From an uncultured delta proteobacterium (GTDB taxonomy: Bacteria > Desulfobacterota > Binatia > UBA9968): 64,000 bases of DNA. The stretch lies in the NCBI GenBank assembly GCA_963728565.1, contig CAVSLC010000013.1, positions 96,001-160,000 on the forward strand, written 5' to 3'. The position numbers were made by a program, and so were the translations under genes. The notes below the pieces were generated by a model. The model was not told the DNA's origin. It made no database searches and was given only the letters and a program-made list of their open reading frames with translations. How positions within the stretch are numbered: position 1 is the stretch's first letter; each line of letters starts with the position of its first letter. Shown piece after piece: positions 40,302-50,504 of this stretch.

Positions 40302-41363
40302 GTGGTGAAGCCAAATATCAAGGATTTGAGCTTCAACGATTTTGAAGCCTATCTGCTCGAGCGCAAGCAGCCGGCTTACCGCGCGCGCCAGGTATGGCAG
40401 TGGCTGTACCAGAAACGCGCTGCTTCGTTCGCCGAAATGACCAATGTCTCGGGAGTTTTCCGCGAACAGCTAGCGGCAGATTTCAGCATTAGCCGGCTGG
40501 CAGTCGAGCGCAGGGCGGATTCCGCCGATGGCACGGTGAAGTTTCTGTTCCGATTGGCTGACGATCGCAGCATTGAGAGTGTTTTGATTCCGGAGACGAA
40601 CCGACTGACGCTTTGCATTTCAACTCAGGTCGGTTGCGCTTTTGGTTGCGCGTTTTGTGCTACTGCGCTTCTGGGCCTGAAGCGGAATCTTCGGGCCAGC
40701 GAAATTATCGATCAGATCCTGGAAGCCAGCCGGACTCTGACGGAAGACCGGCGGATTACAAATGTCGTGTTGATGGGCATGGGAGAACCGCTGGCGAATT
40801 ACGCGCAAACCGTCAAGGCCCTCAGAGTGATGACCGACAACAGCTGGGGCATCGGCATCTCGCCGCGACGAATCACCTTATCGACCGTTGGACTGGTGCC
40901 GCAGATACGCAAATTGATGGATGAAACCAACGTGAGTTTGGCCATTTCGCTGCATGCCGCCACTGACGAGTTGCGCGGCCAGTTGATGCCGGTAAATCGC
41001 AAATACTCACTACGGCAGTTGATGGATTGCTGCAGGGCCCTACCGATTCCGCGGCGCAAACGTATCACGTTCGAGTACGTGCTCTTGCGCGGCGTCAACG
41101 ATTCGGCCGCGGACGCTCATAGTTTGGTAGAACTTCTGCGCGGTGTCCGCTGTAAGATAAACTTGATCCCCTTCAATCCGCATCAGGGCAGTCATTATCA
41201 ACGGCCGGAAACCGAGAACGTCGAGGACTTCCAGCAGATTCTTTCCTCTAATGGGCTGCAGGTCAATGTTCGCCGTCCGAGAGGCGATGACATTGCGGCT
41301 GCCTGCGGTCAGTTGCAAGGTGAAACAATCAAGGAGATAGAAGGCGCGGCCGGTCACTGCTGA
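40302..41363 (+). CDS. rlmN: 23S rRNA (adenine2503-C2)-methyltransferase
   Basis: CISTQVGCAFGCAFC, MGMGEP, ISLHA, NLIPFN, AACGQL. Confidence 0.96.
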   Translation: MVKPNIKDLSFNDFEAYLLERKQPAYRARQVWQWLYQKRAASFAEMTNVSGVFREQLAADFSISRLAVERRADSADGTVKFLFRLADDRSIESVLIPETNRLTLCISTQVGCAFGCAFCATALLGLKRNLRASEIIDQILEASRTLTEDRRITNVVLMGMGEPLANYAQTVKALRVMTDNSWGIGISPRRITLSTVGLVPQIRKLMDETNVSLAISLHAATDELRGQLMPVNRKYSLRQLMDCCRALPIPRRKRITFEYVLLRGVNDSAADAHSLVELLRGVRCKINLIPFNPHQGSHYQRPETENVEDFQQILSSNGLQVNVRRPRGDDIAAACGQLQGETIKEIEGAAGHC

Positions 41364-41378
41364 AATCATCGAAACAAC

Positions 41379-42239
41379 ATGAACAAACAAGTCGTCGGTG
41401 TGATCGGCGGCAGCGGCCTTTACCAAATCGAAGGCTTGCAGCACGTCCGGGAACTTGATGTCAGCACTCCTTTCGGAAAACCTTCGGATAAATTCATTCA
41501 AGGGTTGCTGGGTGAGACGGAATTGCTGTTCCTGCCACGCCATGGCAGAGGGCATCGCTGGTTACCCACCGAGATAAATTTTCGCGCCAATATCTTCGGC
41601 ATGAAAAAGCTCGGGGTTGAGAGGATAATCTCGGTGAGCGCGGTGGGCAGCCTGCAGGAAAAGATCGCGCCCGGTCACGTGGTCATACCTAATCAATTCA
41701 TCGATCGCACGACACAACGCCCGAGCACCTTTTTTGGCAAGGGTGTAGTCGCTCATGTCAGTTTGGCCGACCCGTTCTGTAAAGAACTCTCGACTGAGTT
41801 GGCCAATGCGGCGAACGCAGCGGGGGCTACGATTCACCAAAGCGGCACCTACCTTTGTATGGAGGGGCCGCAGTTCTCAACTCGCGCCGAATCGCATCTT
41901 TATCGCAATTGGGGCGCCGACATCATAGGCATGACCAACCTGCAGGAAGCCAAATTGGCCCGGGAAGCAGAGATCTGTTTCGCCACGTTGGCGTTGGCTA
42001 CCGATTATGATTGCTGGAATGAATCGGCTGGTGATGTGGAAATCGATCACGTGCTGGCGGTGTTACAGCAGAACGTCGATTTGGCGAAAAGGACCATCCG
42101 GGAGGCGATTAAAAATATCAGCGATGCACGCACCTGTGGCTGCGCCTCCGCCTTGAAAACCGCGATCATCACCGAGAAATCCAAAATCCCCAAGAAAGTA
42201 CGGCGTGATCTGCGCCCGATCATTGGCAAATATCTATGA
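41379..42239 (+). CDS. mtnP: S-methyl-5'-thioadenosine phosphorylase
   Basis: IGGSG, PRHG, EGPQFSTRAES, IGMT, TDYDCW. Confidence 0.93.
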   Translation: MNKQVVGVIGGSGLYQIEGLQHVRELDVSTPFGKPSDKFIQGLLGETELLFLPRHGRGHRWLPTEINFRANIFGMKKLGVERIISVSAVGSLQEKIAPGHVVIPNQFIDRTTQRPSTFFGKGVVAHVSLADPFCKELSTELANAANAAGATIHQSGTYLCMEGPQFSTRAESHLYRNWGADIIGMTNLQEAKLAREAEICFATLALATDYDCWNESAGDVEIDHVLAVLQQNVDLAKRTIREAIKNISDARTCGCASALKTAIITEKSKIPKKVRRDLRPIIGKYL

Positions 42240-43141
42240 GCATCTTAGTTGTTGGAACAGTCGCTTTCGATTCAATTGAGACTCCGTTCGGATCCGCTGA
42301 GCGGATTCTCGGCGGTTCGGCATCCTACTTTGCGTTGGGCGCCAGTTTTTTCGCTCCGGTAAGGATCGTTGGCGTAATCGGTCAGGACTTTCCGCAAGAA
42401 TATTTGGATCTGTTTCGCCAACGGCAAATCGATCTCGAGGGCATCCAAAAAGCGAGCGGCGATACCTTTCACTGGCGCGGCAGATATCACGAAGATATCA
42501 ACGTGCGCGATACGCTGGAGCTTCATCTTAATGTTTTGTCCGGTTTTGTGCCCGATCTTCCGGAGCAGTATCGTGACGCCGAGTATGTCTTTCTCGGCAA
42601 CATCGACCCGTTGATGCAGCTCGAAGTGCTCAATCAGATTCGCCGCATGCGCCTGGTGGTCTGTGACACGATGGATCACTGGATACGCGAAAGCCTGGAC
42701 GGTTTACGCCAGGTGCTAAAGCGCATCGAAATGCTGGTAGTCAACGATTCCGAAGCACGGTTGCTGAGCGGTGAGAGCAATATCGTGCGCGCGGCGCGCG
42801 CGATACTTAAAATGGGCCCCAAGGTCGTACTCGTCAAGCGCGGCGAATACGGTGTGCTGCAGTTCTCCGATTCATCGATTTTTGCTACCCCGGCTTATCC
42901 ATTGGAAGAAGTGTTCGATCCTACCGGCGCCGGCGATTCATTTGCCGGAGGCTTTCTCGGGCAATTGGCTCGCTCCGGGGATCTGACTCAGCAGGGAATC
43001 CGTCGCGCGATCGTCTATGGCACCGTCGTAGCCTCCTTTACCGTGGAAGATTTCGGTGTCAAACGGCTGGCGAGCATCGCGCTGCAGGATATCGAAGAAC
43101 GCTACCGAAGCTTCGCACAGCTCACTGATTTTCACACCTGA
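42236..43141 (+). CDS. PfkB family carbohydrate/nucleoside kinase
   Basis: GGSA, NDSEA, KRGEYG, DPTGAGDSFAGG. Confidence 0.92.
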   Translation: MSILVVGTVAFDSIETPFGSAERILGGSASYFALGASFFAPVRIVGVIGQDFPQEYLDLFRQRQIDLEGIQKASGDTFHWRGRYHEDINVRDTLELHLNVLSGFVPDLPEQYRDAEYVFLGNIDPLMQLEVLNQIRRMRLVVCDTMDHWIRESLDGLRQVLKRIEMLVVNDSEARLLSGESNIVRAARAILKMGPKVVLVKRGEYGVLQFSDSSIFATPAYPLEEVFDPTGAGDSFAGGFLGQLARSGDLTQQGIRRAIVYGTVVASFTVEDFGVKRLASIALQDIEERYRSFAQLTDFHT

Positions 43142-43145
43142 TCTG

Positions 43146-44166
43146 ATGGACCTGTCGATCGTCATCCCGGTTTTCAATGAAGAGGAAAATCTCAAGCCGC
43201 TCATCTCCGAAATCGAGGCCGCGCTAAACTCTCTGAGCAAGCGTTATGAAATAGTCATTATCGACGACGGCAGCCGGGACAGTACTTTCCAAATTCTCGC
43301 AGAGATTTACGAGATTGACCCCCATCTTCGGGTTATCAAACTCAAGCGAAACTTCGGACAAACCGCCGCATTGGCGGCTGGGCTTGCGCATGCCACGGGT
43401 GAAGTAGTGGTAATGTTGGATGGCGATGGCCAGAATGATCCGGCGGATATTCCAGCCCTTTTGGTAAAACTGGAGGAGGGCAATGATATTGTCTGTGGCT
43501 GGAGGTACCGTCGCCAAGACCCATTTCTCAGACGCCGCCTGCCATCAATGATCGCCAATTCGCTGATATCCTGGACGACTCAGGTCAAACTCCACGATTA
43601 CGGCTGCACGTTGAAGGCGATGCGCAAAGAAATCGCCAAGAATCTGAAGCTTTACGGCGAAATGCATCGCTTTATCCCCGCGATTGCGTATGAGCGCGGC
43701 GCAAAGATTGCCGAGCTGAAAGTCAATCATCGGCCCCGATTACGCGGCAAATCGAAGTACGGCATTACCCGAACGGTACGGGTGATTTTAGATCTCATGA
43801 CGGTCAAGTTTCTCATGAGCTACTCGACCCGGCCCTCGCATATTTTCGGAATCATCGGTATCGGCAGCGGTGGCATAGGATTTCTGCTTGGTATTTATCT
43901 CACGGTTCAAAAGTTGATGTATAATATTCGAAATCGGCGGCAGGCCTCTTTTATTACTGGCGGTCATGCTAATCTTTGTCGGCTTCCAATTCGTCACCAT
44001 GGGGCTGCTGGGAGAAATGTTGTCGCGGACTTATCATGAGTCGCAGGACAAAGCGGTATTTGTTGTCGGTGAAATTCTTGGCGATAGGAGCTGTTATGAA
44101 ACTTGCGGTTATCGGAACCGGGTATGTTGGATTGGTAGCGGGAACTTGTTTTTCGGAAACCGGTAA
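43146..44166 (+). CDS. Glycosyltransferase family 2, ArnC/DPM1-like (+1 frameshift near 43927; 3' end uncertain)
   Basis: [41 protein letters not shown]; C-terminal TM GLLGEM in the next frame. Confidence 0.88.
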
Positions 44167-45402
44167 TGAGGTTATCTGTGTCGACATAGACGAGGCCAAA
44201 ATCGCAACCCTTCAGCAGGGGAAAATTCCCGATTTACGAGCCTGGGCTGGAAGAGATGGTGCGGCGTAATGCTGAGGAGCAACGTTTGCTGTTTACAACA
44301 GATGTCGAATTCAGCGGTGCGAAACTCGTCGATCATTTTCATCGCCGTCGGCACGCCGCAAGGCCTCAACGGTCATGCCAATCTGGAATATGTCCGTAAC
44401 ACGTCCAAAAGTATCGCCAAAGCCATGGACGGCTTCAAAATCATCGTCACCAAGAGCACTGTCCCGGTCGGCACCGCGGATCAAATTCGGCAGTGGATGT
44501 CCGAGGAAACCTCCCAGCCATTTGCCGTGCTCTCCAATCCCGAATTCATGAAGGAAGGCGCTGCGGTCGAAGACTTCATGAAACCGGACCGGGTCGTTCT
44601 CGGCGGCGATGACGCCGAAGCTTTGGAGATCGTCAAAGAGCTCTACGAACCGTTCCTGCGCACCGGCAATCAGATACTGGTGATGGATAGCCGTAGCGCT
44701 GAGATGAGCAAGTATGCCGCCAATGCCATGCTTGCGACCAAAATTTCGTTCATCAACGAAGTTTCTCGCTTATGCGAGTACATGGGCGCCGACATCAACG
44801 ATGTGCGCCGGGCAATCGCATTGGACCGGCGTATCGGCCAACATTTCATCTTCCCCGGAGTAGGTTATGGCGGTTCCTGCTTTCCCAAAGATATCCGAGC
44901 GATTATCAGCATGGGCGGCGACCAAGAAGAGATGTCTCTGATGAAGGCGGTGGAACAAGTCAACGAGCGCCAAAAAAAAGTTTTGGTCGAAAAGGTCAAA
45001 CGCCGTTTCGGCGCAAAGCTCTCAGGCAAGATCTTTGCGGTTTGGGGGCTAGCGTTTAAGCCGCGCACCGACGATATGCGCGACGCCCCGGCCATTGTGG
45101 TGATTGAAGCGCTATTGCAAATGGGCGCTCGAATCCAGGCGTTCGATCCCGAGGCAACGGCGGAAGCCAGGAAAATATTCGGCGACCGAATCGTCTATGC
45201 CGCGCGAAATTACGATGCGTTGGACGGCGCCAGCGCTCTGCTGGTGCTTACCGAGTGGAACGAGTTTCGCCGGCCGGATTTCGAGCGCATTAAGGAACTG
45301 CTCAAAGAGCCGATTATCTTTGATGGGCGCAACATCTATGATCCCGGGGAGCTAAAAAAACTTGGCTTCGATTACTACTCGATAGGACGGAAACATGGCT
45401 AG
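44096..45402 (+). CDS. ugd: UDP-glucose 6-dehydrogenase (two +1 frameshifts, near 44229 and 44310)
   Basis: [12 protein letters not shown]; IYEPGLEE in an intermediate frame; [31 protein letters not shown]. Confidence 0.93.
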
Positions 45403-46342
45403 ATACCTGATCACCGGCGGCGCCGGGTTTATTGGCTCTCATCTCTGTGAGACCTTTCTCAATCAGGGACACGACGTGATCTGCATGGACAACTATTCGA
45501 CGGGAGCGCAGCAGAATATCGCCGGGTTCGCGACCAATCGCCGGTTCACCTTCATGGATCATAACGTCAGCCGCTATATCGAGGTACATCAGCCGTTGGA
45601 CTTTGTTCTCCATTTTGCGTCGCCCGCAAGTCCTGTGGATTATCTGGAGCTCCCCATCCCGACCCTGAAGGTCGGCTCTCTCGGCACTCATAATGCCCTG
45701 GGCTTGGCCAAGGCCAAAAATGCGGTGTTTTTGCTGGCTTCGACTTCGGAAGTGTACGGTGATCCGCTGGTTCGTCCCCAGCATGAAGAATACTGGGGCA
45801 ACGTTAATCCGGTGGGTCCGCGCGGGGTGTACGATGAAGCGAAACGGTTTGCCGAAGCCATGACCATGGCGTACCACCGCTATCACGGGCTCGATACCCG
45901 CATTGTCCGGATCTTCAACACCTACGGACCGCGCATGCGCATGCAGGACGGCCGGGTTGTGCCGAACTTTATTCTCCAAGCTCTCAAAGGCGAGCCGCTT
46001 ACGGTTTACGGCCAGGGCGAGCAAACCCGGAGCTTTCAATATGTCGATGATCTGGTAGCGGGGATCGGCCGCTTGCTTGAATCCGCCGAGCACTACCCGG
46101 TGAATATCGGCAACCCGCACGAGATGACGGTCTTGCAGTTTGCCAAGAAAATTCTCGAACTCACGGGATCAAAGAGCGAAATTGCTTACCGGCCATTGCC
46201 GCAAGATGATCCGCAGGTGCGCCAGCCTGATATTACCAAAGCCAGAACACTGCTGCAGTGGGAGCCTAAGGTGGAGTTGGACGAGGGATTGATAAAAACT
46301 ATCGACTACTTTCGGGCGCGGTTGAAAGCTCAACTACCATGA
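45395..46342 (+). CDS. UDP-glucuronate decarboxylase (UDP-xylose synthase family)
   Basis: [46 protein letters not shown]. Confidence 0.9.
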   Translation: MARYLITGGAGFIGSHLCETFLNQGHDVICMDNYSTGAQQNIAGFATNRRFTFMDHNVSRYIEVHQPLDFVLHFASPASPVDYLELPIPTLKVGSLGTHNALGLAKAKNAVFLLASTSEVYGDPLVRPQHEEYWGNVNPVGPRGVYDEAKRFAEAMTMAYHRYHGLDTRIVRIFNTYGPRMRMQDGRVVPNFILQALKGEPLTVYGQGEQTRSFQYVDDLVAGIGRLLESAEHYPVNIGNPHEMTVLQFAKKILELTGSKSEIAYRPLPQDDPQVRQPDITKARTLLQWEPKVELDEGLIKTIDYFRARLKAQLP

Positions 46343-47265
46343 AGATCGTTGTAACCGGGGGCGCGGGTTTTATCGCATCGCACATAGTCGATGCTTACCT
46401 AAAGCAAGGTCACGAGGTCCATGTCATCGATGATTTTTCCACGGGGAGTAAGCTCAATCTCAACTCCGGTGCGGTGCTTCACAACTGCAACGTCGCCGAT
46501 GCCGAAGCCGCCAACGTAATTCTCACGGTCAAACCCGACCTGCTAAATCATCATGCAGCGCAGATGGATGTGCGTCATTCGGTGGAAGATCCCCTGTTCG
46601 ATGCCGGCGTGAATATCCTCGGTTTTCTCAATTTGCTCGAGGCGTGCAAAAAAGCCGGCACCGCTCGAGTCATTTTTGCTTCGTCGGGCGGCGCCATTTA
46701 CGGCGATGAGGAGCCGATCCCGGCTGATGAAGATCACGCCAAGAAGCCGATGAGCCCTTATGGTGTGAGTAAGATGACCGGCGAATTATATCTGGCATAC
46801 TATCATATGGCTTTCGGCATACGTTACGTCGCGTTGCGTTATGCCAATGTTTACGGGCCGCGCCAATCGACCAAAGGCGAGGCCGGCGTGGTGGCAATTT
46901 TCATTTCCCAGCTGCTTGCCGGAAAGCCTCCCATCATCAACGGCGATGGCAAGCAGACGCGCGATTATGTTTTTGTCGGTAATGTTGTCAAGGCCAATGT
47001 CGCCGCTCTGGAAACCAGTCATGTTGGTGGCATCAACATCGGCACCGGCCGTGAGACCGATGTCGTGACGCTTTGCGCGATGTTGCAGCAGCGGGCCGGT
47101 AGCAAGGTTGAACCGCTTTATGGGCCGGCGAAAACCGGCGAGCAGATGCGCAGCTGCCTCGACATTGCCTTGGCCGGCGACGTCCTGGGTTGGCGGCCCG
47201 AGATCGGCCTTGAGGAAGGGCTGATGCAGACGATAGCTTATTACCGCGAAAAAGAGCTGTCATGA
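46339..47265 (+). CDS. NAD-dependent epimerase (UDP-glucose 4-epimerase-like)
   Basis: [37 protein letters not shown]. Confidence 0.9.
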   Translation: MKIVVTGGAGFIASHIVDAYLKQGHEVHVIDDFSTGSKLNLNSGAVLHNCNVADAEAANVILTVKPDLLNHHAAQMDVRHSVEDPLFDAGVNILGFLNLLEACKKAGTARVIFASSGGAIYGDEEPIPADEDHAKKPMSPYGVSKMTGELYLAYYHMAFGIRYVALRYANVYGPRQSTKGEAGVVAIFISQLLAGKPPIINGDGKQTRDYVFVGNVVKANVAALETSHVGGINIGTGRETDVVTLCAMLQQRAGSKVEPLYGPAKTGEQMRSCLDIALAGDVLGWRPEIGLEEGLMQTIAYYREKELS

Positions 47266-49055
47266 GTCTTGAGCATATCCGAAATTTTTCAATCATCGCG
47301 CATATTGATCATGGTAAATCGACATTGGCGGATCGCCTGCTTGAGTTCACCGGCGCGGTGAGCGCCAGGGAGAAGACCGATCAGATACTAGACAGCATGG
47401 ACTTGGAGCGGGAGCGCGGGATCACGATCAAAGCCAGTCCGGTTTGCCTGCGTTACCAGGCTAAGGACGGCAAAGATTACAAGCTTAACCTCATCGATAC
47501 CCCGGGCCACGTCGATTTCACTTACGAGGTGTCGCGTAGCTTGGCGGCCTGTGAGGGGGCATTACTGATCGTTGACGCCGCGCAGGGCGTTGAGGCTCAG
47601 ACGGTGGCCAACGTTCATATGGCGCTGGACCACAATCTTGAAATTCTTCCTGTCATAAACAAAATCGATCTTCCTAGCGCTGATCCCGAACGAGTGCGCA
47701 AAGAGATCGAGGACGTAATTGGCCTCGATGCCTCCAATGCGATCCTGGCCAGCGCTAAAGAGGGCGTTGGCACTGAAGAAATTCTCGAAGGCATCGTTCA
47801 GCGTTTTCCTCATCCTAAAGGAAGCCTCGATGATCCGCTGCGGGCGTTGATTATCGACTCGTGGTTTGATCCTTATCATGGCGCAGTGGTGATGATGCGC
47901 GTATTCGATGGCAAGGTCGCCAAAGGCTGTCGGATTCGCATGATGTTTAGCGGCCGCGCTTTTGAAGTGACCCGCCTCGGTGTGTTTGCGCCCGCGCCAA
48001 TCGAAGTCGACGAATTGCGCGCCGGAGAGGTCGGTTTTTTGATGGCGGCGATCAAAGAAGTAGCCGAGACTCGAATCGGCGACACGGTCACACTCGACGA
48101 TCGCCCAGCCGGGGAGCCGTTGGCCGGGTTCAAACCGATGAAGCCAATGGTCTTCAGCGGCCTCTATCCGACCGACGCCAATCAATACCAAAATTTGCGC
48201 GAAGCACTGGATAAGTTACGGTTAAACGATTCATCGTTCACCTTCGAGCCGGAAACATCTCAAGCCCTGGGTTTTGGATTCCGCTGTGGCTTTCTCGGCC
48301 TGCTCCACATGGACATCATCCGGGAGCGTCTCGAACGCGAATTCGCTTTGAGCCTCATCACCACGGCCGCCACGGTGGTCTATCGGGTCGTTAAAACGAG
48401 CGGCGAAGTCCTGCAAATCGATAACCCGGTGCGATTGCCGCCGGAGGGCGACATCGAGCAGATCGAAGAGCCGATCATTCAAGCGACAATTCATTTGCCC
48501 CAGGAGTTCCTCGGAGGAGTGCTCGGGCTTTGTGAAGAAAAACGCGGCACGCAGAAGGAGATCCGCTATCTCGGGCCCAAGCGAGTGATGATCGTTTACG
48601 AGCTGCCGTTGAATGAAATCGTCGTTGATTTTTACGATCGCTTGAAGTCGGTCAGCCGGGGCTATGCTTCCATGGAATACGAGCTAGCTGGCTATCGCGT
48701 CGCGGATCTGGTTAAACTAGACGTGCGAATTAACGGCGATGTGGTGGACGCCATGTCGATGATTGTGCATCGCGATAAGGCGTATTATCGAGGCCGCGAC
48801 CTTGTGCAAAAAATGCGCGAGCTCATCCCGCGACAGATGTTCGAAGTCGTTATCCAAGCCGCCATTGGCAGCCGAATCATATCTCGAGAAGCGGTAAAAG
48901 CGTTGCGCAAGAATGTCACGGCCAAGTGCTACGGCGGTGATATCACCCGCAAAAGAAAATTGCTGGAGCGGCAAAAAGAAGGAAAAAAGCGCATGAAACA
49001 GGTGGGCAAAGTAGAGATCCCTCAGGAAGCGTTCCTCGCTGCTCTCAAGGTTTAG
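47262..49055 (+). CDS. lepA: Translation elongation factor 4
   Basis: [41 protein letters not shown]. Confidence 0.98.
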   Translation: MSLEHIRNFSIIAHIDHGKSTLADRLLEFTGAVSAREKTDQILDSMDLERERGITIKASPVCLRYQAKDGKDYKLNLIDTPGHVDFTYEVSRSLAACEGALLIVDAAQGVEAQTVANVHMALDHNLEILPVINKIDLPSADPERVRKEIEDVIGLDASNAILASAKEGVGTEEILEGIVQRFPHPKGSLDDPLRALIIDSWFDPYHGAVVMMRVFDGKVAKGCRIRMMFSGRAFEVTRLGVFAPAPIEVDELRAGEVGFLMAAIKEVAETRIGDTVTLDDRPAGEPLAGFKPMKPMVFSGLYPTDANQYQNLREALDKLRLNDSSFTFEPETSQALGFGFRCGFLGLLHMDIIRERLEREFALSLITTAATVVYRVVKTSGEVLQIDNPVRLPPEGDIEQIEEPIIQATIHLPQEFLGGVLGLCEEKRGTQKEIRYLGPKRVMIVYELPLNEIVVDFYDRLKSVSRGYASMEYELAGYRVADLVKLDVRINGDVVDAMSMIVHRDKAYYRGRDLVQKMRELIPRQMFEVVIQAAIGSRIISREAVKALRKNVTAKCYGGDITRKRKLLERQKEGKKRMKQVGKVEIPQEAFLAALKV

Positions 49056-49066
49056 ATCGGAGTTCT

Positions 49067-49718
49067 ATGTCAGCCGGAAAAGTTACCAAGGCGGAGGGTC
49101 AATCATTGGCAAAAAGCAAATCGACCTTCCGCGAATACGCCGAAGCGATCGGGATGGCGCTACTCTTGGCGCTTTTCATCCGGACCTTCATTGTTCAAGC
49201 GTTCAAAATACCATCTGGGTCGATGATCCCGACTTTGCAGATCGGCGATCACATTCTCGTCAATAAGCTCAGCTTACGGCATTCGGGTGCCGTTTCTAGA
49301 AGATTACGTGGTTGACTTCTCGAAACCAAAACGAGGCGACGTAGTCGTGTTTATCTTTCCTGAAGACCGCAGCAAGGATTTCATCAAGCGCGTGATCGGT
49401 GTGGCGGGGGATGAGGTTCAGATTCGCGGCAAAAAGGTTTTGATCAACGGAAAAGAAATCGACGATCCCCAGGCGCATTTCGAAGGCGATGATCCACAAA
49501 CCGCGGGCCTTTCGAACCGCGATGATTACGGTCCGCGCACCGTGCCGGAGAATCATATTTTCGTCATGGGCGATAACCGCGATCGGAGTTACGATAGTCG
49601 ATTTTGGGGTTACGTCAACTTAGACGAGGTGCGCGGCAAGGCATTTTTGATCTACTGGTCCTGGGATGGCGCCGATCGTTGGGTGCGCTGGGAGCGTCTC
49701 GGCAGCCTGATCCGTTAG
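49067..49718 (+). CDS. lepB: Signal peptidase I (+1 frameshift near 49271)
   Basis: IPSGSMIPTL (catalytic Ser), FIKRVIG (Lys), GDNRDRSYDSRFWG; follows lepA. Confidence 0.94.
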
Positions 49719-49777
49719 CAGCGGGGCCGAACCCGATTCAAAGAAAACTATGCGGTGATTCCGAATCGATTCGAATC

Positions 49778-50068
49778 ATGAAAAAAGGGAAAATCGTCTT
49801 AACCGGACTAGCGGTGTTGGTGTTGTTATTGGTGATCGTCAATATTTTATTGATGGCCGGTAACCAGTCACTGCAGCTCAGCGTCAACGAGCGGCAACAG
49901 TACATCGCTGAAACTATCCAACTGGAAGCGCTGAACCGGCAGGTGATAGGGGTGCTGGCGGAAATGGCGCTGAAAACCAACGATGGACAACTGAAGGAAC
50001 TTCTCGCCGGAGTCGGCATCAACCTGTCACCGGCGCCAGCGCAACCTTCCGGCGCTAAGTCAAAGTAA
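49778..50068 (+). CDS. Hypothetical bitopic membrane protein with coiled coil
   Basis: MKKGK, one TM, Q/E/L-rich helix; ATG at 49778 inside ORF 49604-50068. Confidence 0.75.
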   Translation: MKKGKIVLTGLAVLVLLLVIVNILLMAGNQSLQLSVNERQQYIAETIQLEALNRQVIGVLAEMALKTNDGQLKELLAGVGINLSPAPAQPSGAKSK

Positions 50069-50080
50069 GGTATTTTGATC

Positions 50081-50422
50081 ATGGATGAAGCGCCGAACGA
50101 AATCGAAGAACGTGAGCCCGTCGCGCCGCCGGTGGAACGAGGCGCCAATCTGCCGCTGACGATCTTGCTGATCGCCTTGGTGCTCTGGTTTGGTTTCCAA
50201 ACACTACAGCTCGCTACCGAGCGCGCAAATCTCGGCGAGGCGCGGGGTCACCAGGAAGCGGCCATGCAGGAAGCGCAAAAACTTCGCACGCAATTCGAGT
50301 CTTTGATCGGCAAAACCAGTGAATTGGCCAACAAAGGCCATGCCGGCGCTAAGCTCGTGATGGAGGAGCTGCAGAAGCGTGGAATGGCGGCTCAGCCGGA
50401 AGCGATCATTCCGCAGAAGTAA
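50081..50422 (+). CDS. Hypothetical bitopic membrane protein with coiled coil
   Basis: Acidic N-terminus, one TM, heptad-like helix. Confidence 0.75.
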   Translation: MDEAPNEIEEREPVAPPVERGANLPLTILLIALVLWFGFQTLQLATERANLGEARGHQEAAMQEAQKLRTQFESLIGKTSELANKGHAGAKLVMEELQKRGMAAQPEAIIPQK

Positions 50423-50504
50423 TCTTATAAGCACCATTCTGTTGAACCTGCCATAGTTTCCTCTTAAGCTTGTTTCTTCTGCCTCGACGCCTACAGGAGA
50501 ACAT

